Assembly (NCBI RefSeq): GCF_041956535.1
Contig: NW_027192194.1
Span: 864,370-928,369 of the forward strand
Direction: 5' to 3'
Source of the DNA: Calcarisporiella thermophila CBS 279.70
Taxonomy: Eukaryota; Fungi; Calcarisporiellomycota
Length of the DNA: 64,000 nt
The position numbers and the translations under genes were made by a program. Positions within the stretch are counted from its first letter, which is position 1, and each line of letters opens with the position of its first letter. A model generated the notes under the pieces. The model saw nothing but the letters and a program-made list of their open reading frames with translations, was not told the origin of the DNA and made no database searches. Positions 13,701 through 26,397 of this stretch are shown piece after piece.

Positions 13701-14265
13701 TAAAAGAGCAAAAATGAAAAAATAATTACTCAGAGTTCACTCTAGGAAATTTATGTGCGACTAGAATGCGTTCCCAAATTTCAGTATTCCTTGCTGAGAT
13801 TAACTTATTAGAACAAACTTCTTTTAAGAGAGCAAGCTGTGAAGGAGAAAGAAAGGTATTTTCGGTCGTAGATTTGCGGTGCACGATCTTCGATCGACCG
13901 AGTGGAGAAGAAGGAGCAGAATTGGACAAGGATCTACTTGTTGGAGAGGTACCAAATAGATCAAAACTGCGACGCGATGATACAGAGCTTGTGGCGAACG
14001 AACTAGATTGCGAATAATAATTTGATGGAGTGAGAATCTGTGGGTTTGAAAAACCAGAGGAGGCTGAGGAAATGGATAGTGTGTTTTCAATGTTTAGCGC
14101 AATCGGTTTTTTTGCTGTAGAGTGCGTGTTGTGATGCGGAGCAATTAAATTTGATGAGAGAGCACGGTGAGGTGCGGAGGGAAATCTAGAGTGTTCAGGA
14201 GCGTGCCCTTGGATGGTTCGCCCACTTTCTCGTCGCAAATCGATATTATTCTTGTCGCTGTTCAT
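10766..14265 (-). CDS. DYM: Dymeclin (Dyggve-Melchior-Clausen protein homolog), many exons
   Basis: [84 protein letters not shown]. Confidence 0.9.
11872..11952 (-). other. U12-type (minor spliceosome) GT-AG intron in dymeclin
   Basis: Donor GTATCCTTT; branch site TCCTTAAC followed by 18 nt to the end of the CAG acceptor; splicing gives in-frame ...SIQRV|[11 protein letters not shown]. Confidence 0.88.
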
Positions 14266-14451
14266 TCACTGATAGAAGAGAACATAAATTATCGCTTAAG
14301 CGCGATCTATGATGATCTACTTCTTTACTCTATCAACTGAATATGTGGAGAGATTTCCAGGTAGACAGCTAATTTGGCTAAGCCTCATCGAAATATATAT
14401 ATCACGATAATACTACACTCTATTTCCATCGGCTTCTCCACAAAAAACAGG

Positions 14452-16173
14452 ATGGGTTTTGACTTTGGGCGCCTCATCGTCGTCGGTGTCACCATTCTTA
14501 TTGCCTTTATTGCCTATACCTCGCAAATATTCATATTTTGGCGGTTTTTAGGAGGATGGGGCCGCGATGCTCTCTACATTCTTGGCCCCTTTAATATTAT
14601 CGTTTTGATGATTTTTTGGAACTATTACCTCGCATGTGTCACTGATCCGGGACGCCCACCGAAGGGTTGGGTAGGTTACGTTTCGAATTTTATGTTATTA
14701 TAGAAATAAAATTTGACATACTTTTGTATTAATTTATAGAAACCAGCTAAAGTCGAAGAGGAATCTAATGCCCCATTGAAAATGAAGCGCCGCTTACGGT
14801 TCTGCAAGAATTGTAATGTTTTCAAGCCTCCAAGAACACATCATTGTAGTTCCTGTAGAAGGTATGCTTGGCTTAACCCATTTTTATTTCAGCTGCTTAT
14901 TTTATCTTTAGATGTGTTCTCCGAATGGATCATCATTGTCCATGGATAAATAATTGTGTTGGTCATTATAATTACGGCCATTTTATCCGATTCATTATAT
15001 ATGTTGATATTGGCACATTATACTGCTTTATCTTGCTATGCATGCGTATTTATAATGTCTATAGTAGCATGCGGAGTTTTAGGGTAAGGTATCTCCTTTA
15101 AAATATGAGTTACGATATTATTGATTTAGCGATTTTTGTTTCCTTTTAGTATTATATATCACCAACCAACACAGAACTTGTATTCCTCGCCCTAAATCTG
15201 GTTTTCGATTTTGGCGTTCTCTTTTCTGTCGGAATTCTGAGCCTTTTTCAGCTCTACGGAATATCAACCAATGCAACTACAATTGAGGGATGGGAAAAAG
15301 ATAAAGTCAAGAAGATGATCCGCAGAGGAAAGATCCCTCCTGTAATTACTCTAGTTCTTATTAAATTAGATTATTGTGAAGTGATATTATAACTGCAAAT
15401 CTTTTAATAGCTGAAATATCCTTTCAACGTTGGTCTGATAAATAATCTTAAGTCTGTCCTTGGGCCAAACCCTCTGCTCTGGTTCTGGCCACAGACAATG
15501 GTCGGAGATGGAATCGATTACCCCTGCACAGAAGGATCGGGTAAAGATTAACATTGACACTTTGAGGTGCCTGTAATTAAGTTTGCAAAAATTTGATCCA
15601 GATCCTTATACTTGGCCACCAAAAGATCCCGATGATCGCCCATCTATTTTTTCTCGCAAATATAGGGAACAACAGGAAAGCATAGCCTATTCACGACAGC
15701 ATGTTCGCCGTGGAAGTGAAGGTTATATCGTTCAAGACATCACGATGGAAGACCGCATGCGTATGCTTCAAAATTTAATCGATGCTGAAGAGAATGGTAT
15801 TAGCGTAGATACTTTCAATGCGTATCAGAACCCACCCCCACAAGGATGTGTTGGTGGTCATATTGCTGTAGATGAACAGGATGAGTACAGCTCAATCGAT
15901 TCGGATCCGGAGATCTATAGCGAAGATGACTTTGAATATGATGCATATAATTCTACCACTGTAGATGAATATAATGGTGAAAGAGACTCTCGGGGGAATA
16001 TTGCCACAGTATCATCAGAGTATATTCAATCTCGAAATACCTTTTCTGAAGATACTCTTGAACAGAGGCGCTCACGTTCTCCCCATAAAGATGATAATGA
16101 TGACCACATTCCTTTAAGTCAATTGATTGCTAAAAAACAGCTGGCAGCAATGGGAAAACTTAGAGTTGACTGA
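14452..16173 (+). CDS. PFA4: DHHC palmitoyltransferase, Pfa4/ZDHHC6-like
   Basis: TM helices, TDPG, FCKNCNVFKPPRTHHCSSC..CVLRMDHHCPWINNCVGHYNYGHF, TTIE, WPPKDP, HVRRGSEG. Confidence 0.88.
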
Positions 16174-16432
16174 TTTTTGTTTTCTTTATATATTTTGTTA
16201 ACTAGAGTCTGCTTGTATATTTCTTCTTTGCTTTATCTTCCTTCAAAGCAAATGCTTAAGTGCATAATATTTCCCTTATTCTCCCAAAGTTATTATTTTT
16301 TGTTTGATTTTCTGAACATAGGATCATATTCTATACACATTGCAAGATAAAAAAGAGTCATTAGTAATTTATACGGAAAACAATAACCTATTAATTCAAA
16401 TAAAAAACCAAATTAATAGAAAGGGTAGAAAA

Positions 16433-19400
16433 TTAGTCGTCTTCGTCACTATCCGGCAAAATTCTTCGCACTACACGGTGTCGCTTCCACTTTTCTTCAT
16501 TCACTTTCTCGTCAGCTTTATTCTCCTGTTTCTGAGAGGTGGGTTCTGCATTTGCGCTTTCTTCTTTTGATGGCTCAGGCTCTTTCAAGGAGGGGTTGAG
16601 ATCGCGAATATCGTTAATTACTTCTTCAATAACTTCGTCCGCATCTTCTTCGCTTTCATATGAAGGTACTTCAGAACTGAAATGTGTCTTTGCAATCGAA
16701 GGAACAAAAGAATTAACTACTGTGGTATCAGTACTAACACAATTGGTCGCTATGGGCTGAGGTTCTGGATCTTCTCCTCCATACATCTCAAGAATCGCCC
16801 TACTCGGGGAAATATTGGCCAGCTTGAGTTCAGCATCTCTCTTAGTGTCACTATTGCGCAACGGTGTCCGACCAAGCCCTCCACCAAATAGGTCTCTCTT
16901 CTGCTGGCGAGGACGCCTTTCCGTAAATGACCGAGGGGGTTCTAAAGGCCCGTCACGGAAGAGATAGAGCAGATCTTCAACTGATAATTTATTAAGCCTG
17001 GTGGAATTGAGCTCCCCAAGAGCACCTTTTGCAAGCTCACGCTTCTTTTCCTGCAGTTCAACAATTTTATCCTCGACAGTGTCTGCGATAGTGAGCCTAT
17101 TCACCCGTACGGGTTTAGTCTGTCCGATGCGATGTACACGATCGATTGCTTGCTCTTCAACCGCTATATCCAAAATGTATAAATATACGTAGAGAATTGT
17201 TGGAATAATGAGAAAAGCTTACCTGGATTCCACCTGTATAGTGTGAAATCAAATGTGCTTAATGAAATCCATCAAGTGAATTTAATTACATAATTACTAC
17301 ATACCAAACATCAAGCATAATAACATTATTTGCGCAAGTGAGATTGAGACTTGTTAAAAAAAAAAGCAAAGTATTATATAAAAAAATTCCAGTATAATTA
17401 GCAATATTTCATACCCTAAGGAACCACACTTCAGAGAAAGCAACATCACAGTGACGTTTGGATCTGTACGAAGAGAGTAGAGCGATTCTTCACGAGCTTT
17501 GTTAGACATAGAGCCATCATCTTTGCGTAAAGAAGTATGCAAAGAATTAGCCCAATTTGTAAATGGAAAAAGATATCAATACTCACACCGCACAAACACA
17601 AAATTCTTCTCGCGTATATGTTCTTCGATTAAGTCAAGCATAGATGTGAACTAGTAAGGGGAGCCACATTAAACCTAAATATACAATATATTTAAGGAAT
17701 ATCTAACCTGAGAAAAGATTATAGTTTTCTCTTTAGGGTCTCGCTTGCGAGTTTCCTCGAGCACATTCAGCATGTGCTCAATTTTTGTTGAGGTGGTAAA
17801 GTTAAGCGAAATATCTTTCTTTTTCTTATCAAGGATCTGAGCTTCACACATATAACAATGCTCTTTTTTCCACCCTTCGGGTAACCTAATAAATAGTTAA
17901 GTAGAAGGATTAGAGCATTAATATCGGTAGTATTAAATATGCTAGGTGTACTCACAGTTCCAGGCATACTACGCATTTTAGCGATTTTTCATTCTCCTCT
18001 CTCACATCCAATTTACCCATCATATTGGCCAAGTCGCTTTCGACACTCTCATCTTCATCGCGAACTTGAAATGGATTAGTTAAGAGTTCAACAGCATCGC
18101 TCTCTTTAACACCTCTTTGAACTAACTGAGGGTGATTACACGCTTAAATAATTTGGTTTAGTATCAAGGGTAAGTGGATAACCATATATACTAAAATATT
18201 TACCTTGACGTAAACGTAATAGCAAGCATAAGATATTCGTATAGTTTTTGGAAACATTTCCTGCGTCGACAAATCTGTCAAAAATAGCGTCCATACGCTC
18301 TTTGAGAGTATCATAAAATGCGCGCTCTTGAGGATTGAAATCAACGCGGAGAACCTTGACCTCACGTGTCGGTAAATTCAGCAAAGGCTTTCCGTCGATC
18401 TTGTGGTCTTTAGTGCGGCGAAGCATAATCGCCTTGAGCACCACCTAATGACTACAAGGATTAGCAACATCACTCAAAAAATTTAAATTGGGATAAACCT
18501 GTAGCCGTTGTAGTGCTGTTTTAGCGCGTCCTTGCTGCAAAGGTGAGACAATTTGGTGTTTGAATGTGGGATAATCATCATATGGCTTCACGCGCAAAAA
18601 TTTAAATAAACTGTATAGCTCGTCAACATTATTCTATCAACCAATTAGAAGTTTATCAATAATTTAGTGTGAATAGAAAGATAAGCTCAGCTGTACTTGT
18701 ATAGGTGTGCCCGTTAGACACCATCGTTTAACGGCAGATAGCTCAGTACATCCAATCGCACTTCTAGTCGATTTATTTTTGATAGTTTGGGCCTCATCTA
18801 ATTAAAACGGGAGCATGTTTAGTAAATTCAGTAAAGGTGAGGTTGCAGTATAATTAAAATAGAAGATTCCAACCTAAAACTACACGGTAAAATTTTGCGC
18901 GGAAAAGGGGACCAAGTGATTTTGTTGCTTTTGGAAGATCACTGTCGTCATCGCTTTCAGATTCTTTATCATTTTTTTTCGACTTAATTTTCTCTCCTTT
19001 AGGCCATTCAAGTGCAACCACTTGATACGTAGTGACAACCACGTCATATCTCATTAGTCGTTTTGGATCTTTAGTGCGAGAAGGCCCATGGTGAACATAA
19101 ACAGAAAGAGATTCTGGTGTGGTCTTTGACTTGATCTCACATTCCCATTGTCGAATCAATGCAAGAGGAGCTACTATTAAAGTTGTTTTGATATTCGCAT
19201 CTGTAGATCTGTTTGAAAGCATTAGGGACAATGTTTGGATAGTCTATCCATAAAAAAAATAATGAATGCCTTCAATTAAAAATATTGTAACAAGTTAAAT
19301 TACCTTGCCTAAACCCATCTATGTTTAAAAATTAAAGTTATATCAGTTAGAACTTTTCATTTGATAGTGAAGCAATTTGTAAATAATTATAATTCAAACC

Positions 19401-20202
19401 CACATCCTATATTAATAAAAATCATCAATTATTAAAGAAAAATCAAATCAAACGGGGATACAAATCAGACTCACATCAGCAAGAATTCCTCCTGATTTCT
19501 TATCACGCTCTCGATCTACTAGCCATTTTAAACCATGGAGTTGGTGAGGCATAAGAGTTATTAGCAAATCAGAAGGAACTTTGACATCCATTGTAACATC
19601 GTCCACTTCCGATGGAATAGACTTTATAAGTTCCTGAATTTCCTCTTCTTTCTTACGCGGATTCATCGCATAGGCGGATTCAGCATCCGCAAACTCGGTA
19701 GAACCGCGACTAATCTTACTTGGAGTCATGGATTTGTACATAGAAATCTCGCTATCAGAAGGGGCTATCCGCTCTTTATATGATTTAAGGGATGAAGCCG
19801 AATATTTTTGCTTCCATGATGGGCTATTGGGACGTCGTGGTTCCAAGAAATTTGAATCTTGCAAATAAGCTAGAGATGAATGAATGAATGAAAGTCAAAA
19901 TTTTAAGACAATAATCGCAAAAGCAATTTACCAGAGATTTTGTTTCGGACAAGATTTGCCGCGCCATTTTGTTGATGGACGACTTTAGCAGCTTGTGGAG
20001 CTTCACTCACTGTGGGTGGCATATTACGAGAGACAGAAGAATTAAAATTTCTGGAATAATTTGTTGCAGCTTCAATTGCGGATGAAAAAGCGTTGTACTG
20101 TTGATTCTGCGAAGAACTATTTAATTTAGAAGCCTTTGGCTTCTCTTTGGGCTTATTGAATATCGAAGCGGTATATTGTTTAAATTGTTTATCGCGTTCC
20201 AT
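16433..20202 (-). CDS. SNF2-family DNA-dependent ATPase (Rad5/Rad16/Uls1-like)
   Basis: [88 protein letters not shown]. Confidence 0.92.
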
Positions 20203-20415
20203 TACTACTCAATTATATTAAAAATACGCGTATCTTTAGTAGAAATTGAAAAGTTTGCCTCCGCGTTATGAATTTTTTAAGCCGCAATTTTATGTGACAA
20301 CTTTGTGCATCCCGGTGTAAACAGAATGCAAGTCACATATTTAAGCATTTTAAATACTCAACTTGCTATTATTGAGTTGAGTAGTTATACGACTGTTATA
20401 CTTCACCCATCAAGT

Positions 20416-22607
20416 ATGGATGCGTTTCGTCTTTTATGCAGCGGTGCTCGTTTTGATCGCAAACGTTTTCGTAACGAGATCGATCTCTTCCAACCTGAAA
20501 TAACACAGAAAGAAGATTCCGAAAATACCGATGAAGCTACTCAGGCAAATCTCTTGCAAGAGATTGATTTCTTCAAATCGACTAAAACTAGTTCCAAACC
20601 CACTGAGAAAACAAAGAAAGATCGAAAACGTAAAACTGAGAAAATTGCAGGCAATCAAGAAACAGAACAAGGTTTTTTTAAATTTACTGAATGTCAGTTT
20701 TTTAGCGTGCTAACTTTTAATGCTGACACAGAAGATACAATCCCGGATCTGCACGATAGAGGATCCACATTTAAGAATCAAGATGAAGTTATCGCTTTTC
20801 GTAAAGAAAATCGTATTAAGATCTACGGAAATGATGTACCGAATCCGTTGCGTACCTTTGATGATCTCACTTATCAATACGAGTTACTTCCATACCTGAA
20901 TCGTAACCTGAAAAATGCCGGATATGATATGCCCACGCCAATTCAGATGCAATCTATCCCTATTATCCTTCATGTAAAAGCTTCTTATTAAGCTATTATA
21001 ACACTCTACATTTTAACATTTCTCATTTTATTTTAGGGTAGAGAAATCATTGCCTGTGCTCCCACTGGATCCGGAAAAACACTTTCCTATATTCTACCTA
21101 TCTTACATGAACTTAAAGCACCTGAAAAAATTGGCTATCGAGCACTCATTATTTCGCCTACAAGGGAATTGGCGCAACAGGTAGTATCATGCATTGATGA
21201 TCTATTGTCATTTCGTAAACTAAAGATATATATTAGATTTATCGAGAAATTAAAAGACTTGGAACTGGCAAAAAATTCAAAATATGCATGCTCACAAAAG
21301 CAACGGCTGCTACTCAGGCAAATGACCCAAAATTACGCCAAAAATTTGGTGAGTTTTGCCTGCCTAATTATTTTATGTTTTATATCTGACCTCCTCATAT
21401 TCATATATTTATTAGACATTCTTATTAGCACGCCATTACGACTGGTTCATGCTATTCAAAATAATCATGTTGAACTCAATCATGTGAAGCATCTCGTCCT
21501 GGATGAAGCCGACAAATTGCTCGAACTCGGTTTTCTTGAACAAACAGATGAGATTTTTGCAGCCTGTTCTTCGCCTCGTCTCCAAAAATTACTCTTCAGT
21601 GCAACAATACCCGCTGGAGTGGAAGAGCTTGCAAAGACGGTAATGAAAGACCCAATTAGAGTAGTGATTGGAACTAAGTAAGTTTCCAAAAAGTTTGCTA
21701 GGCATTAAATTCACAATACTCATGCACAATTGATAGGAATGCGGCAACAGAAACAATTGAACAAAAACTTATCTATGTTGGTCAGGAAGAAGGAAAGCTC
21801 ATTGCTATTCGGCAGATGGTACAAGAGGGAGGCTTAAAACCCCCTGCGCTAATATTCGTACAGTCAATCGAGAGAGCCAAAGAGTTGTTTCACGAGTTAA
21901 TTTATGATGGAATTAATGTCGACGTTATCCATTCAGAGCGCACAAAAGCTCAACGAGATAATATTGTTGATAATTTCCGTACTGGGAGAATTTGGGTGCT
22001 AATTGCAACAGAGTTGATGGCCCGTGGTATGGATTTCAAGGGAGTAAATTTGGTTATCAATTATGACTTCCCGCAGACAGTTCAGAGTTATATCCATCGA
22101 ATTGGTTCGTATTGCATAAAATGCGTTCAATTAGTTTAACCATTTTTTAATTATATTTTATTTGATCAGGTCGTACTGGGCGTGCTGGCAAGTCTGGATC
22201 TGCTGTGACTCTATTCACGAAAGATGATGCTCCTTATCTCAAATCGATTGTGAATGTTATGCGAGAATCGGGGTGCGAGGTGCCTGAATGGATGCTTCAG
22301 TTGCACAAACCTTCAAAAGATACAAAGAAGAATCTCAAACGTGCACCACCTAAACGCAAGACGATCAATACGATGTCAGAATATGACAAAAAGAAACTGG
22401 CTCATAAAAAGTAGGTTTTAATACAGAATCTCTAACTTAGATACAGTTTTTTCAATTATATTATATAGGGAAATCATTGAGAACTCGAAAAAACGCAAGT
22501 TGCGACAACTTGACGCTAAAAATAGTGTTACCCAAGAGACAACTGAAAACGAGTCTAGTACTAGAGATAAAAAATTAAAGAAGAGGCGGGAAAATACGCA
22601 AAAGTAG
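20416..22607 (+). CDS. ROK1: DEAD-box RNA helicase ROK1/DDX52
   Basis: [62 protein letters not shown]. Confidence 0.95.
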
Positions 22608-23032
22608 AGCAGAGTGCTTAATTAACACATGTATATAGAAAAATATCATAACCTTAATAAACCCTTAGATTTCTTAAAGCTTACACCAAATTATTTTGAG
22701 TTGAGAACATTATATAATTATTTATAAAATATAATTTGCAGATAAAGCTTTGAAGTTTTCATTATAAATTCGAAATGACGAAAACTGTTTCTTTATTTGA
22801 ATACAGGGGCGCTCAAAAAGTAATTCCTCTTTATCTACTCTTGCAACTTCCTAAATGATAATTCGCTATATTACCTCTTTAGATTAGGCTTTCTATTCTG
22901 TTTTTAAAGCTGTCTACAATCCACTTTACTCTCATATTGAAAGCCTATGGTAAAAAAAAAATAGCGCAAGCATATCGAAATTTGGATGAATATGATAATA
23001 GCCTTATAGTAAAAAAAAAAAGAACAAAGCAT

Positions 23033-23866
23033 CTAGAGCAATATAATAACAATGAAACCAATCGCACCCAAGGACCATAGAGAATTTCTCACCGAACTCC
23101 CCTTTGCAATTACTTTCGTAGGGGTCTTACGAGATAAAAAGAAAGTTGAGGTTCCTGTGTGGGAACCAAGGCCACTAGTACTTGTCCAGACTGTCATCAA
23201 TGAGTGTAATTCTGGCGTGCTTGATGAAATTAAAGATATATCTGAGCGCATTGGGGTTGAAGATAATAATGGTAAATCTGTAGATTTTGTTAAGTAGGAG
23301 TTACTTGTTGGTACAATATGTGACCACTGAGAAGTAGCTAATGAAGTAGGTCGGATTATTTCAATACTAGAAGTTGGCCGATATTCAGATTTTTCAGCCA
23401 AAAAAGATGCGGATGTGTTCTCAATGGAAAGCTTTTCTTCAGAAGTCGATATTTTCTTGGGCTTCCGTTCTTCTTGCGACATATAATTTCTTTCAATACA
23501 TCCATTGACGCAGTTTATTCTCAGAGCTTCTGAGAGACTGGATTGCATACAGTTCCCCACACAGTCTGTAGTGCGTCTAGCTTCTTCGTTGGTTGGACTA
23601 GGAACTCTATAGCTAGAATGAAAAATTGGTGAAAACATTTATAATTTCAAACTGATAAAATGTATATCACACCATTTGGCAATGCATCGAATATTATTCC
23701 CGCACTGATGCAATCGTAGACACTCTGCTACAGAAGTTTGAGGAGGCATATTGGCTAAAGGAGCATCGAATTTACCGACAGCATCTTCCCCATTGACGAC
23801 CATAATGGCTTGGAAGGATATTAGAACAAGAATGGAGAGTAAAATCGAAATTGACGGATACACCAT
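23033..23866 (-). CDS. Secreted, probably GPI-anchored Cys-rich cell-surface protein with S/T stalk (paralog of 48245-48790)
   Basis: Signal peptide; 8-Cys domain ECLRLHQCGNNIRCIAKCYRVPSPT..TTDCVGNC..CVNGCIERNY; S/T-rich stalk; hydrophobic C-terminus; 2 exons. Confidence 0.8.
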
Positions 23867-24299
23867 GTTTTTCGATACGCAGTATGCAATTGAGTATATA
23901 ATCGCGTAGAAAATTTTGTAATGGTCAAAAATAAATGCCAGGTTTAAGGTAAGAAAAAAATAATATGGTATATTTTATATCTAATTGAGACTCTCAAAAT
24001 GAGCATATAATATTAAGGAAGCTTGGAATTTGGCAAACTACAAAAAACTCAATTCAATAAAAAAGTATGTGAAAATGGAAAAATCAATTGCATAAGCTCA
24101 ATAATGCATAATATCTATGGGAGTTAATCATTACAAAAATGTCGTCGTTACAGATATTTTAATTCTGTTGAGCTTGCTCTTGCTCAAATTTCATCCATCC
24201 AAGTTCCAGATATTCACGATGGAAAAATGTTATTTTCTTCAGCTCAATTCTCTCTGTTGCACCTATTATTTATAAACCTAGAGTCCAAAATAAAGCGAT

Positions 24300-24316
24300 A
24301 GAGTCACAAAAGCTAA
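24300..24316 (+). repeat. Target-site duplication, left copy
   Basis: agagtcacaaaagctaa, identical to 25836-25852. Confidence 0.93.
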
Positions 24317-25835
24317 TTTTTTTTAACAAAGGACCTTTATTGAAAAGTGTCCTATCCTGTTAAAAAGGTAGGGTAGCTTCTACGTCAAAATCACCCAGGT
24401 AATGCTCCTGGCCTACCTTGCAGAATTTGGAGGATAGAAGGTAAAAGAAAGAAAGGAAGAAAAGGATTTAAGTGTAAGAGGAAGAGAGAAAAGGTGATGA
24501 GGAGAGAGCTAGGAGAGTATGGAAACAGCAATTAGTTTAATAAAGAAGGGGATAGGAATAACTGTAAGAGGGGGGGATAAAAAGTTGTGTGCAATGGTAT
24601 TAAGATAGGCTGCTTATGTACATGAAATAACGAAAAGAAGTGAAGGATTGAAAAAGTAAAGGAAGAGGAAAGGAGAAAAAAAAAAGTAGGGAAAAGAACG
24701 ATAGAGGAGATGGTATTAATATACAGCAGTGGAGGGTTGGGTGCAGTTCTCAAGCCGGAGTTGGGGCTGGGATTTGATCTTCAGAGGTGTCCTGGGTGAA
24801 AATCACAGAATCATCTATGATGTTCACCCAGTTTCCCCTTGACCATTTATCGATGAAGTCTCTTTTCCGTTCGTGTTTCATTGCCATCCACCACTTGGAT
24901 TTTATTCCTCGCTGTAGTTCGTGGTCAAATTGTTTGGTTATGGCTACCGGATTGGGTTGGACATCGTCCAGCACTAATTCAAGTCTCGAGCGGTATATTA
25001 TCCACAGGGCTATGTCGTGGCTCAGAGCAACCACTTCGTTGAAGCGTTGACTTATTTGTTTGTCTTGTCCAAACAGTCTGTCTTCTCTCGTGGATTCGTG
25101 TGGCGGTATTCCAATTATTCGGCAGTTTGTCTCATCAACTCTTTGCCAGAGTTGCGCGATAGCTGGGCAGTCTAGAAAGGCATGGGCAATTGTTTCAGGT
25201 ATCCCTAGGGAACACCTTTTGCAAGTGTTAGGATCTCCAGTCCATTTGCTAGTGATGATTCCGGTAACTATTTTATGCTTCATAAGTCTCCAGAGAAGGG
25301 TTCTGTGCTTGGGTTCTGACGGACGACTTTTCCACCTGGCCCATGCCTTCGTCCATCTGTCAACATCATTGGAAACGTCCTTCCATTCCTCGGTGATTAT
25401 GATTGGCGCATCCTGCTTGTATAGTCTCCCAGCTTTGGTGGTGTAAGCGGTGGTCTCAATCCCTGCAATAGAACATTTTGTTAAAGGAAAATTGTGTTTG
25501 TTACCAACAAGAGGGATTCGCTGTGTGAGAGTCTCGGCGAGTCGTTTATCTAGGTGGAGCAACTTTCTCCTCCATAGTAGGTGAAGATCGAGATAATGCT
25601 CTCTGAATTCCCTCGAGTATCTGTCAGGGTTCCTTGCGACTAGGGCGTGCACCTCGGGTTCGATCATCGGTTGGTAAATATTGTCTCTGTGCGGTTTGAA
25701 GAAATCTTCCAATTTCGCTAGCCCGAATTTTTCTGCCTTCCCTTTCACTGGTGCTCCTTCTATAGTAAAATAGGAATTGTTACTAATGGGGAGGGGGAGT
25801 ACTTCATCTAGGGTGAATCTGTATCCTTTGGTTAA
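24317..25835 (-). mobile_element. 5'-truncated non-LTR retrotransposon (L1/Tx1-type), ORF2 C-terminal part with zf-RVT
   Basis: ORF open from the junction to stop 24750, with LLWRLMKHKIVT..CKRC..ETIAHAFLDC (CCHC); ~430-nt 3'UTR, AATAAA and poly(A) (T8 at 24317-24324); perfect 17-bp TSD. Confidence 0.93.
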
Positions 25836-25852
25836 AGAGTCACAAAAGCTAA
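25836..25852 (+). repeat. Target-site duplication, right copy
   Basis: agagtcacaaaagctaa, identical to 24300-24316. Confidence 0.93.
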
Positions 25853-26277
25853 GCCTCCATCCTCTACTACTGCACCACTGATCCTTTTAGTTCTAAATTT
25901 CCTCACAACACAAATACATTATGTTGCGTCGAATATATGTCTAATAAGGTCTATCCCGACAATCCTCTAGCTATCCCTAAGCTCTTGATTGTCCTTCCTT
26001 AAGCACTTCAAAAGACTAATAAACGACACAATATGGTGGTTTGAAACGTATCCAGTTCTATCTCAATACAAAATAGCACGTCTTTTATTGTAAATGAAAT
26101 ATCGGTCTTTTTATACTGTTATTAACGTATCACATAAGGAAAAGTATAAATAATAAAAGTAATAAAATGGCATCATCTCAATATAATAAAGTTATCATAA
26201 AACAAGGTTGGCGTAATAAACAACCGTATAATATTAAATATTCTCACAAAAGGGCTCAGTTAAAGAAATAAAGATGA

Positions 26278-26388
26278 TAAAGCGATCAATTCACAAAAAC
26301 TAAGCCTCCATTTTTTGGATCAATGGCTAAGCCTCCATTCTCTACTACTGCGCCATTGATCCATTTAGTCCCAAATTTCCTCACAACA
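26278..26388 (+). repeat. Second copy of the ~84-bp LINE target region, immediately upstream of tRNA-His
   Basis: Aligns by eye with 24291-24316 joined to 25853-25910 (about 10-11 mismatches plus a 27-nt insertion). Confidence 0.85.
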
Positions 26389-26397
26389 ATTAAAAAT

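Noticed and set aside
14862-14910. PFA4 intron GTATGCTT...GCTTAAC as U12
   Set aside because: Donor fits U2 (GTATG) and the CTTAAC lies right next to the donor.
24365-24419. Hammerhead ribozyme in the LINE tail
   Set aside because: The three-way junction lacks the CUGANGA and GAAA core on either strand.
25911-25990. Remnant tRNA after the first copy of the tRNA flank
   Set aside because: No A/B box or cloverleaf detectable.
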